A DNA stretch of 64,000 nucleotides, from assembly GCA_964016885.1 (NCBI GenBank), contig OZ024742.1:224874001-224938000 (forward strand), given 5' to 3'. The translations under genes were made by a program, and so were the position numbers. This document shows positions 40,975-53,452 of this stretch, piece after piece. The stretch is from Eledone cirrhosa. Its lineage: Eukaryota. Position 1 is the stretch's first letter; every line of letters starts with the position of its first letter. The notes beneath the pieces are model-generated. The model did not search any database. It was not told the origin of the DNA and saw only the letters and a list, made by a program, of their open reading frames with translations.

Positions 40975-43900
40975 CATCACTATCATCACTATCATCATCA
41001 ACAGCCACTACTACCATCTACTACCACCACCATAATCACTATATCTATTTTCACCACTTCCACCGGCAACACCACTACCTACACCACAACAACCACCACC
41101 ACTTCCGCCATCCCTATTATCACTTCCACCACCAATACAACTACCATACGTACACTACCATACCACTACTACCACCACCACCTCCACCAGCAACACCACT
41201 ACCAACACCACTGCAACAAGCACATCAACCACAACAACCACCACAACCACCACCACCACCACCACCACCAACACAACTACCATACGTACACTACTACCAC
41301 CACCACCTCCACCAGCAACACCACTACCAACACCACTACAACCACCGTCACCACTTACTACCACCACCACCTCCACCAGCAAAACCACTACCAACACCAC
41401 TGCAACAAGCACATCAACCACAACAACCACCACAACCACCACCACCACCACCACCACCAACACAACTACCATACGTACACTACTACCACCACCACCTCCA
41501 CCAGCAACACCACTACCAACACCACTACAACCACCGCCACCACTACTACCACCACCACCCCCACCAGCAACACCAATACCAACACCACTACAACCACCGC
41601 CACCACTACTACCACCACCACCCCCACCAGCAACACCACTACCAACACCACTACAACCACCGCCACCACTACTACCACCACCACCCCCACCAGCAACACC
41701 ACTACCAACACCACTACAACCACCGCCACCACTACTACCACCACCACCCCCACCAGCAACACCACTACCAACACCACTACAACCACCGCCACCACTACTA
41801 CCACCACCACCCCCACCAGCAACACCACTACCAACACCACTACAACCACCGCCACCACTACTACCACCACCACCCCCACCAGCAACACCACTACCAACAC
41901 CACTACAACCACCGCCACCACTACTACCCCCCCCCCCCCCACCAGCAACACCAATACCAACACCACTACAACCACCAACACCAGTACTACCACCGCAACC
42001 ACTACTACCACCACCACCCCCACCAGCAACACCACTACCAACACCACTACAACCACCGCCACCACTACTACCACCACCACCCCCACCAGCAACACCAATA
42101 CCAACACCACTACAACCACCGCCACCACTACTACCACCACCACCTCCACCAGCAAAACCACTACCAACACCACTACAACCACCGTCACCCACACAAGCAA
42201 CACCGCTACCAACACCACTACAACCACCACTACTACCACCACCACCTCCACAGCAACACCACTACAACCACCGCCACCACTACTACCACCACCACCCCCA
42301 CCAGCAACACCAATACCAACACCACTACAACCACCGCCACCACTACTACCACCACCACCTCCACCAGCAACACCGCTACCCACACCACTACAACCACCAC
42401 TACTACCACCACCACCTCCACAGCAACACCACTACAACCACCGCCACCACTACTACCACCGCCACCTCCACCAGCAACACCACTACCAACACCACAACAA
42501 CCACCGCCACCACTACTACCACCACCACCCACACCACAAGACCACTACCAACACCACTACAACCACCGCCACCATCGCCACCACGCCATCACTACTGTCA
42601 CTACCACCAACAACAATGCCACCATTTTCCCTCTCTTCCGTCAGGGTAACATGTAGAGTTTGACAGATTCATTAGGGCAGTATGGTCTACCTTATTTTAG
42701 TTAACGAGTCGTCAAGGCCTTGCTATTTACTTAGCCCCCCCCCCCCTCCCCCAACCAACAACCACCATTGCCATACCCAACACGACTATCATGACCACCA
42801 CTACCACCATCACCACCACTACCACCATCACCAACACTACCAACATCAACACCACTACCACCATCAATACGACTATTATCACCACCACTACCACCATCAC
42901 AATCACTACCATCATTACCACCACTGCCACCACCACCACAATCCACACCACTACTACCATCACCACAACAACAACCACCACCACTACCATCACCACAACA
43001 ACCACCACCACTACCATCACCACAACAACAACCACCACCTCTACCATCACCACGACAACAACCACCATTACCATCACCACACCAACAACCACCACCACTA
43101 CCATCACAACGACAACAACCACCACCACTACCACCACAACAACAACCACCACCACTACCATCACCAAAACAACAACCACCACCACTACCATCACCACAAC
43201 AACAACCACCACCACTACCATCACCAAAACAACAACCACCACCACTACCATCACCACCACCACTACCATCATCACAACAACCACCACTACTACCATCACC
43301 ACAACAACAACCACCACCACTACCATCACCACTACCATCACCACAACAACCACCACCACTACCATCACCACAACAACCACCACCACTACCATCACCACAA
43401 CAACCACCACCACTACCATCACCACAACAACCACCACCACTACCATCACCACAACAACAACCACCACCACTACCATCACCACAACAACAACTACCACCAC
43501 TACCATCACCACAACAACCACCACCACAACAACCACCACCACTACCACCACAACAACAACCACCACCACTACTATCACCACAACAACCACCACCACTACC
43601 ATCACCACAACAACATCCACCACCACTACCAGCACAACAACAACCACCACCACTACCATCACCACAACCACCACCACCACTACCACCACAACAACAACCA
43701 CCACCCCTCCCACCACAACAACAACAACCACCACTACCATCACCACAACAACAACCACCACCACTACCATCACCACAACAACCACCACCACTACCACCAC
43801 AACAACAACCACCACCACTACCATCACCACAACAACAGTCACCACCACTACCATCACCACAACAACCACCACCACCACTACCATCACCACAACAACAACA

Positions 43901-44010
43901 ACCACCGCTACCATCACCACCACTACCATCACCACAACAACAACCACCACCACTACCATCACCACAACAACAACCACCACCATTACCATCACCACAACAA
44001 CCTCCGCCGT
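40975..44010. repeat. (ACC/AAC/ACT)n low-complexity array, including a 63-bp-unit minisatellite at ~41480-42180
   Basis: The unit translates as HHYYHHHPHQQHHYQHHYNHR (21 codons); a second block at 42760-44010 has shorter units. Confidence 0.93.
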
Positions 44011-44084
44011 CACCTTTGAAAAAAAAAGGTACGCTCGAGATTTTGATTATTTTCTGACAAGAAGTTAATGAATTCATTGGGAGA

Positions 44085-44520
44085 GAGATGTGGAGAAAGA
44101 GGGGTGAGCCAGAGACTTATAGAGGGAGGAAAAGGAGAGATGTGGAGAGATAGAGGGAGAAGAGACAGAGGCTTATAGAAGGAGAAAGCGGGAGGAAATG
44201 GAGAGAGAGAGAAGGGGGGGACAGAGACTTATAGAAGGAGAGGGGGGGACAGAGACTTATAGAAGGAGAGGGGGGGGGATAGAAGAAGATTGATGGAGAG
44301 AGAGAGAGAAGAGACAGAGGCTTATAGAAGGAGAAAGGAGGGCGAGAGAGAAGGGGAGAGGCTTATAGAAGGAGAAAGGGAAAGGGAGTGGAGAGAGACA
44401 GGGAGGGGCTTATAGAAGGAGAAAGGGGGAGGGAATAGAGAAAGAGAGATGTGAAGAGAGAAAGAGAACAGACAGAGGTTTATAGAAGGGGAAAGAGAGA
44501 GGGAATAAAGAGAGGATGCG
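44085..44520. repeat. Purine-rich degenerate minisatellite
   Basis: Recurring core agaggcttatagaaggaga. Confidence 0.8.
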
Positions 44521-45372
44521 GTTTTATGAATGTTGGAAGTTTTGGAGAAGGGATATGTGGTGAAGTGTAAAAGAGGGATGGATGAACGGATGGCTGGCTG
44601 GTTGGCTGTTTGGTTGGTTGGGAAAGAGGGAAGGGATGAGGAATAAGTCATCAAATAAATCAACAGGAAATGTAGCTGCTCCACTTGTTAACCTCAACAT
44701 GAAGAGCTGCAAAGTTTCACCTGGAAAACCTTCCCCAAATTGTACACCTATGTTGTTATATTTTAGTATAGTAATTGAGATAAGGCGGCGAGTCGTTAGA
44801 ACATCAGTTTTCGTTCGTGATCCTCTTCGACTTTCATCCTTCCGAGATCGATAAAGCTTTGAGGGTAACTCTGCCTACAATCTCGTGAAACAACTTTCAG
44901 ACGAGGACCAAAGCTCTAAAGGCAATATCATGCAACGGAAAGGAGTTCCAGCTGGATCTGGTCGAGGTGGAACAAAAACTTCCCCCATACCGTTTGAGAG
45001 GCACCGTGTTCGTATTTTAACGCATGCTAAGGGAATTAACTCTGAGTCAGTCGTGGTCAAGGTCAAATTAAACTATGGCCGGAGCCTTAGACTTTCGGGT
45101 CCTCTCTAACTATTCAAGTTTTTACCCGCTGCAAGAAAACAATGACGGGCTCCTAGTTCGTGATGTCAATAAACTTCAGTATAGTCAACCCTGGTTAAGG
45201 TATTGGTTTTCCCAATCAAAAAATTGCGGCTTCGCCCTAGGTCATTGTGTCCTTGAGCAAGACATTTCATTTCATGTTGCTCCAATTCACTCATCTAGAA
45301 ATGAGTACCACCAGCAGCTAGTGTACATGTATATTCTAATAAATATGTGTAGACATTTTTTGAGACACCCTG

Positions 45373-45420
<48 letters not shown>

Positions 45421-45847
45421 AATTACATGAATCAAAGTTCAGTTTAAATCATTTATTTGCTTACAATTGTTTCCTCCAAACCGAGGTTTGGATTCTTCGG
45501 AGCAACTATTTAGTGATTTTTACATACTTGACCTCCTTTTCAACACAAGAGACATATAAAAACATATGTATATATTGACCCACAGGAGGAAACAATTGTA
45601 AGCAAATAAATGATTTAAACTGAACTTTGATTCATGTAATTTCTATATAACTGCTCTGTAAAACAACTGATGTTATTACATTGAGCTATTTATCTTATTG
45701 GTAATAAGATAGTAATGAATTACTGTCTTTCACTATTTAGGGTTTAAAATATATATAACTATATAAGGTTTTATTATATACATAACTAGTATCCTTAATA
45801 CTATATATATATATATATATAAACGTAATCTGAGTGTTTTGAATATT

Positions 45848-46033
45848 AATAATTGTTTCTACATTTGGCACAAGGCCAGCAATTACCCAGTGCATTACTG
45901 GTACTTTATTTTATCGACCCCGTAAGGATGAACGGCAAAGTTAACCTCGACGGGATTTGAACTCAGACCGTAAAGGGACGTAACTATGCTGGAAAGCATG
46001 GCGTCCGACCCTCTACCGATACTGCCAATCCAC
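45848..46033 (-). mobile_element. Family-1 SINE
   Basis: Near-consensus reverse complement. Confidence 0.9.
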
Positions 46034-46229
46034 ATTCGATTCGTTTGGAATTATGCAAACAGCCCCTTTAAGCCATGTCAGTAGAATGACCTTGTCATTC
46101 TTGCTCTTGTGTTGCCATGCAAACAGAACTGCAGACACTAATGTTTCTAGGTATTACCCTTCATCAGTACAGCTCACTGTTCACCTGCCAACTCTCAGAG
46201 CTAATGAAAATATATGATATTTTCTGAAA

Positions 46230-46357
46230 TATACAGTGACTGATTGGCCTGATTTGCATCTTAGCAGACTGGTTGATCAGTCAGATCTGCATATTAGCAG
46301 ATCCACTGATCAGCCAGATTTGCATATCAGCAGATTGGCCAATCAGTTTCCTGTATA
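46230..46357. mobile_element. Small MITE-like element with three 33-bp internal repeats
   Basis: Ends tatacagtgactgattggcc / ggccaatcagtttcctgtata; units start at 46241, 46274 and 46307. Confidence 0.5.
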
Positions 46358-46534
46358 CGAGCGATTAATGGTCGGCTTTGCCATATTCAAATAAAAAAAA
46401 ATTCGCTCTACATGGCTGAATACAATAAATGTAATATGAGTTTGAAAATGAGGATTTTTTCAAAATGAAAAAAAAAAAACGAGATGCGCTACACGAGTGA
46501 AAGTATAATTTGAAAAATATATATATGTGTGTAT

Positions 46535-46604
<70 letters not shown>

Positions 46605-46660
46605 ATCTGTTAATATATACATTTACATATGTGTTTGTGCTATTTCTGTTTGAGTGACAT

Positions 46661-47004
46661 TAGATAGATATGTTTCTTTATTTGCCACAAGGGCGCACAA
46701 AAAATGGGACATTACAGGACATGACAGCGGGGGGGTTACATAAAAGTCGTGTAAACTTGAACATTAATAAATAACAATAAACTATATATAAAATAAAATA
46801 ACAAAAGAAATCCCCAATAGAGAGGGGGAGGTGTTACTGCTGGGTTGTTTTACATCCCGTAAATAGAACAACCCCCAATTCCAGGAACACGTCTTCCCTC
46901 TTTTGTCTTCTTCAACCTATAGGTTTATATACAGAGAAGGCGCATTCACTTGGGCCACTTTCGCCACATTCACCCACCTTTCAGCGAATTTACTGGGGTG
47001 CAGC

Positions 47005-47103
<99 letters not shown>

Positions 47104-47140
47104 CTCTCACCTTCCTTCTGAAGTGGTATTTAAAAAGGGG
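46661..47140 (-). mobile_element. Tx1-clade LINE 3' fragment (M1) between GATA repeats
   Basis: ORF2 C-terminus (FKYHFRRKVRVE..RWVNVAKVA) plus 3'UTR ending cccttgtggcaAATAAAg; an internal (CT)n expansion; (GATA)n at 47150-47208. Confidence 0.85.
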
Positions 47141-47155
47141 ACAGATATATAGATT

Positions 47156-47209
<54 letters not shown>

Positions 47210-47874
47210 GAAACAGAAATTCCTATTTGTATTCTGTGCTAGTTAGATGTAAAATCTAAAATGCGGTATAAACCGTTTATTTACAGAAAGTCTTTACATT
47301 CTTGGGACTTTGTTTTCTCACCCTTCGGATTAAAGGAACAACATGTAAATCTCCTTGTTTGTTAACCGGTAAGGGTTTGGATTAGAAGAAACATTATCGC
47401 CACTGGATGTTACATTCTTGAGCTAGCTGTCGGTTTTGATAGTTTTGGTAATGATATTCTGCATGATGGAGGTTATTGATGAAGGGTTGTGTGACAGACG
47501 GATTAATGCTGTTACAAATTTAAGTGTATGTCATGTGTATGGGACACTGATGTAGACAGACAGATAGATAGATTGAGAGATATGTTTCTAGAAACGTAGA
47601 TAGACAGACATAAACAGATAAGACAGATAGATAAACAGCTAGATAGATAGATAGATAGATTTCTTTATTTACCATAAAGGCATAAAAAGAAGGGACAAAT
47701 ACAAAGGGGGAGTTTACATATAATCGAGTAAAAAGGGTGTAACATGAAAATAATCGAAAATAACCTCAAAAGGGAGGGGACGTGATGGGGGTTGCACACA
47801 CCCCCGAAAAAGTGTGCAATCCTTTGCCCGGGGAGCACATGGAGAAGGTGCTCCCCTCTCCTTTACTTCTTTAC

Positions 47875-50800
47875 CTACAGGATGGTATACAGAGAAGGCC
47901 CATTTACACGAGCCATTCTCGCCACTATCACCCACCTTTCATAAAACTGCCTGTGGCCAAGCACCTCTCTCTCCATTCTTATTCTTCTTCCGAAGTGATA
48001 TCGGAAGAAGTAGACCAGACTATGGCCAGAGAGGAAGTTGCCTGACCTCAGACCTTTCAATCGTGTCCACCAAACAACCTCTTTCAACATGGCTATTACG
48101 CACAGAAAAACCGCCTTTGCTTCCTTTGTGAAGAGGGGAGGCGGTTTGATTGTCATCACGGACTCGGCGGTCAATTTAATCGGCGCCACCCGCGACAGCA
48201 GTCGTTCGGCGTAGCCCCACAGATCAGCCACGCCCGGACATTGCACCAATGCGTGCGCAACGGTTTCTTCGTGACGCACGCATCTAGGGAAAATCTTTTT
48301 TGAGGGATCCCTTCCCGGGCGCCCGTGTCTGTAGAGCCTCTCTCGAACGGGTAGAGCCCCCCGGTAGCACTGCCAAGCCAGTGACTTCTGGAAGTTGTCC
48401 ATTGGTCCTGGGCCGAAAGTCCTACCGAACAGGCTGGCCAGTTCGTCTTCTTCCATGTCCAGCGACTCTCCAAGGGTGTCATCGCCCCTGCTAGCCACCA
48501 GCCCTCTATAGAATGATGAGGTGGATTCTCCACCGATGGCCTGGCCCGCTTGCCAGAGAGCCCTGAGCGCCTGAGCACACTCAGTGTGCCAGTCTCCCAG
48601 TTTTCCGGATCTTTGCTTGACCCAGGACTGTAGCTCGGTGAGCGAGACGAGTCTCGGAAAGGCTCGTTTCACGAACGGAGCCCACACCGGTTGACCAGTG
48701 AGGAATACCTGTAGGTGCCGTAGCCTTAATGCGTGCCTACGCATCATCAACCACGGCATCCCCAGCCCTCCTTTCGAAGGTTGTTGGCAGCAGATGGATC
48801 TTCTCACCATAGGAGGACGCTTCTTCCAAAGAAATTGGAAGAGCATGCGTTCCATGGTGGTGAGTGTTTCCTTAGGGCAAGGCACGACAGTCAGGCGGTA
48901 GTAAGTGACGGACGCTATGTAAATGTTCGCCACCTCCGCCCGGCCTTTTAGGGACAGCTTACACTTGGCCCATTTCTGGGTTAGTGCAAACACCTTGTTC
49001 GTAACCTCGTTCCAGTTCTTTTCCACCTGGAGGTCCGGTCCAAACCAGACCCCAAGCAACTTTACCGGGCCCTCCGTCCAGTGTCCGACGACACCGTCAG
49101 GAGGCATCGGTCTGCCTCTCCACGTTCCGAGTTGCAGCCCGATGGATTTTTCCCGGTTCAGTTTCGCTCCTGACAACCTTTCGTACTCCTCCAGTAAGGT
49201 ACCGATCGCCTCGATCTCCGAGTCGGTTGATACCATTACTGTTACGTCATCGGCGTAGGCCGACACCGCTTTGCTCAATCCTGGTTCCAGGGGGATACCC
49301 TGCAACAACTCCAACTTCCTCAGTAAATACGTACAGAAGGGAGGAGAGAGGGCACCCCTGTCGAATGGATCGTGTGATTTCGAACGGCTTCGAAAGGTAG
49401 CCGTTCACCTTGATCCTAGAACAGATGTGGTTGCTATGTAGGGCAGTGATCCAGCCTCTGAAAACAGGACCGAACCCAGCCGCCGCTAGCACCGCATCCA
49501 GGTAACCATGGTCGACCCTATCGAAGGCCTTAGACTGATCCAAGTTGATCAGGGCCCCACCGAAGCAAGGTTTGTTGCCAACCCTCTCTATGATGTATCG
49601 CATGAGGTGGAGGTTATCGTGAATGGACCTGGATGGGATAGCACATGTCTGCGCATCTCCCACCAGGCCACCCACGACAAGCGCCAACCTCTTTGCTAAC
49701 ACCTTGGCCAAAATCTTTAACTCTGTGTTTAGCAGGGTTATGGGCCGAAAATTATTTATATTATCCCCCTTGTTCTCGTCCTTCCTCACCAGCGTGACTA
49801 CGCCCTTGGCTACAGAACAAGGAATTCTCCCGTTCTGCTGCCAATTGCAGTAGACCGCTTCGAGGAGTTCGGAGAAGACCGGCATTGCTAAATAAAGTTC
49901 GTAAGGTATACCATCGAGACCTGGAGATTTGCGTCTGCTGCATTGGCTCAGCGCATCTCCGATCGCATCAGCCGAGATTGGTCCCTCGCAGGACTCTGCC
50001 TCTTCGTTCGAGAGACGCGGCAGGCCGTCGAGGTATGGACCGAAATCCACGCCTCCGCCCGGACCCTCGCCTCCCCCGAACAATCGGGCAAAGTGCCTTT
50101 GAAAGGCCTCGCACATCTGCTTAGGCTCCCGGATCACCCGTCCATCTTCGTCTTGCAACGACCGGATGGTGGATCGATTTCCACTCTTAGCTTCTGTCAC
50201 GCGGGCCCATCCAACGGCTTTGGCCCCCTCATTACCTAGAGCACGTATTTTACTTCGAATGACGCAGCTTTCGTGCTTTGCATCGAAAAACTGGTTCAAG
50301 GCCGTCCTCGATGCCAGCACTCTGGCCACATCTTCGCTCTTGATTGCCTCTTCTAATTTACCTGTTAATTCTTTCTCGTTTCTATTCCTATCGGCAGCTA
50401 ACATCTTGCTATAACTTATTGATTCTGTTCTAATTTCTCTTTTGAGAGATGCCCACCATCGGTTGTTGACGATTGCACCCGTCAACCTCTCCTTAACTAA
50501 TCTGCTAATCCGGTTTCTGTAAGTCTCTTTTGCCGGTAAAGACAAATTAAGTTTCCAGTAACCGGGACCCTGTCTATGTGTTTTCTCGAGATTGACCACG
50601 CAGGTCACTAATTTGTGATCCGTGTAGCCAACCGTGCGCATTTCTGGACAGCTTAATATGTCCCTTTCCTTACTTCTAACTAAGAATCTATCTAAGTACG
50701 ATCTAGATTGACCACTGTGGTTTCTCCAAGTCCAGGTAGGCACAGTTGGAAAATCTAGTCGATATCTATCGACCAAGTTAAAACGGTCGAGTAACCCCTT

Positions 50801-51295
50801 GAGGCTGTTACACCCCCCTCTATTAGGACATGCTCCTGCATAGTCCCAACGTGCATCCAGGATGTCATTCCAATCCCCCGCTAGAAGCAGGGAACGTGAC
50901 GTTCCCAGAAAAGTCTCCAAACGCTGGAAGAAGTCGGGCCGTTCAGCTCCGAAAGGGGAGTAGACGGCGACCAGTCTCAAGGCCGCACTTTCACTACTGC
51001 CAACGTCTAGCACCAACAAACGACCCTCCGGGTCCGAGTGCACAACCTGTACGGCAAGACCCAGGTGTTTTTGCAGCAGTACGACAACCCCACCCCCACC
51101 TCCAGGTTGACAGAGAGATGCATGCACCTCAAAGTCATCGAAGGTGGGGGCCAGCTGCCGCACGACGCTGATTCGAGTCTCACAGATAACCATTACATTT
51201 ATACTACATGACCTGAGGTCATTTAGAAGCTTTGCTTGCTTCCAAGTTGAGCCCAGGCCACGTGCATTCAAACATCCTACTCTTAACACATCCAT
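47875..51295 (-). pseudogene. M2 ORF2 (APE + RT) split by one ~14-nt deletion near 49325
   Basis: ORFs of 682 and 479 aa; CLNARGL, GDWN, SYLDR, TDHK, QGCPLS, AYADD; comparison with M3 shows LTLEP is lost. Confidence 0.93.
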
Positions 51296-51328
51296 GTGGG
51301 CGGCAGAGCCAAAGGAGAGTGTAGAGAC

Positions 51329-53229
51329 CTACCTTTCCGCTTCCCGGGGTTCGGGTTGCACGACTTCCATGGGGTCGGGGGTGTTGGGTGAAGGGGTGTC
51401 TTGTGGTGGTGTGGGGTCGTCAGTGTGTGGTGGGGTTGGGGTGTTTGGAGTTGTGTTGGGGAGGGGAAGGGGAGGGGGAAAGCTTTTTAGTAGGACGCGG
51501 TTTATGGGTTTGACAGAGGGTGGTCCTACGTCCTCCTTAAAATCCTTTTTTAGTTTTTGGTAGAGGTTCATTGGGATCTTTATTAGTTTTAAATGTGGGT
51601 AGTTTTCTGACGAAACAAAGTTTACACCTTCGGTTTGTACCGAAGGATTATTGTTTATGAGTTCATTTAATTTATTATTGTTTCTGTTGATGTAAGTATA
51701 GTGTAATGTCTTTTTTTCCGATGGTGTGAGTGTTTCGAAGAGGGGAGGGGCAGGTTTGGTTTTGTTTGTTGCTGGAGGGGTGTTTTCTGTTTTGTTGGAT
51801 TGTGTTGAGATTTGGGTGGGGGTTGTTTGTCCTTGTGTGTTTTGCACATGTTTTCTTTTTTTCCTTTTAATCTGTCTGAAGGACTCCGTTTCTTCCTCCG
51901 AATTCGTTGGGTTATCTTCAGTGTTGGAGGGAAGAGGTATGTTTGCTGGTAATGTTTCCGTGTTGGTTTTCTTTGTGGGGGAGATGGATGTCACTATGTT
52001 AGACTGTATTGTGTGTTGTGTCTGCGGTGGTTGTGTTGTTTTATTGAGTGAGAGGTTGGGTGGGCCTGTATTTTGTTTTGGGGTAATGTGTTGTGACTGT
52101 TTGTGTTGTGGTGGTGTTGTGGTTTTACTGAGGGACGGGTTGGGTGGGACTGAGTTTTGTTGTTTGTTTATCTGTTGTGGTGGTGGTGGTGGAGCTGGTG
52201 TTGGTAGCAGGGTTTTCTTTTTGTTGAGTTGGGGACAAGCGGCCTTCAGGTGCCCTCTGCCTGCACAGATATGGCAGGACGGCCTTCTCCCCTCCACGCT
52301 AATGTTTATATACCCGTGGTCCTCTAATAGGATTCTGTCGGGTATTTGGGCGATGCGTTCAGGCTTCATTTGTACTACCAGCTCTATACCTGTTCCACTG
52401 AACGCATTGCCTGTGGTTTTCCCAATGGAAATCACGTTGTCATTCACTGGATCGATGAAGCCAGCTATGAGCCAGCAGTAGTCCACATCTGGCATCATTG
52501 CATCCAGCCATATGCGTTGAGTTCTTTTCCCCATATAAGATGGATAAAAGGTGAAATTTTTTGAACGAATCGGTACAAAGCACATTTTTTTGCCGCCGAT
52601 TCGTTCTTCATGATAATTGCTAGGCTTCCATACAGTCTGTCTTTTCTTATGAAAGTGGTTTCATTAAGTACTTCTGTGAGTACTGTTTTGATATCTGCTT
52701 GAGAAGGCTGTTCAGGTTTGTTTGTACTGTTGTTGATGGTCCGAAACTTGACCGTTCGGCTTTCAATGTCTTTCGTGAATTCTTGAGGCATTTTTACCGA
52801 TAAAATACCATTCTCTCCTTCACTTATGTATTGTTTGGCGTCCGTGATCCTTCGTACCACATCTGAAATGTTTTCCGCTATATAAGTCAAAGATTTCTTT
52901 GTTTTCTGTGCAAATGAAATCTTGTCGTCTGCTTTGTTTTCTGATATGGTGTTATTTTCAAATGTTATTTTTGTGTTTGTTGTGTCTTTGTTTGTGTTAT
53001 TAATATTGTCATGCAATTTTTCAAATTTTTTTTTTTCGTTGTTGGAATCCAAGTCCAGATATGTGTTTTCGTCATTTTTTTTTTTTTCCGCAGATTCGTC
53101 TGTTTTTATTTTAATTTTTCCTTCCTTCTCTATGACGTTAGTTGGGAAGGAAGGGGGGACTAAAGCGTGCGAGCTTACAACTCTTACCGCTGTCCCCCCA
53201 CCACTATTTTCGTTCGCTGCGTTTAACAT
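51329..53229 (-). pseudogene. M2 ORF1 (CCHC knuckle) with one frameshift near 52590
   Basis: VEGRRPSCHICAGRGHLKAAC; ORFs of 244 and 418 aa; YPSYMGKR motif resembles P1/P2 ORF1. Confidence 0.85.
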
Positions 53230-53452
53230 TTCTGTTAGACGATTGAAATTTTTTACACAAAATTTTTTAAAACAGGTTTTTCACCTCTAGGAGGGGTAAA
53301 GATGAGCTGACCCACCGCCTGACAGTTCAGACGGAGGGTCAAGCTACACAATTGTATCAAAATTAAGTTTGAACTCACAAAATTTCCTCAATAAATTTGA
53401 ACAAAACTTCTGTGCGAAGTGAATGACATCCACACTGTAGAACAGACGACAG

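Larger units (their letters stand above)
47640..53452 (-). mobile_element. Full-length Tx1-clade LINE (M2) with (TCTA)n tail
   Basis: 5'UTR, ORF1, ORF2, 3'UTR, AATAAA at ~47664; (GATA)n at 47640-47660. Confidence 0.93.

Noticed and set aside
40956-44077. His-, Thr-, Gly/Cys- or Val-rich proteins of 300-570 aa
   Set aside because: Open in nearly all frames because ACC-type triplet repeats lack stops; no signal peptide or unique domain.
45355-45376. Tc1/mariner-like terminal repeat (ttttgagacaccctgta), also tacgaggg at ~3430
   Set aside because: Solo ends with no partner TIR or transposase nearby.
46135-46172. Hammerhead-like CTGATGA..GAAA on the minus strand
   Set aside because: Helix I cannot form; at best a decayed copy.
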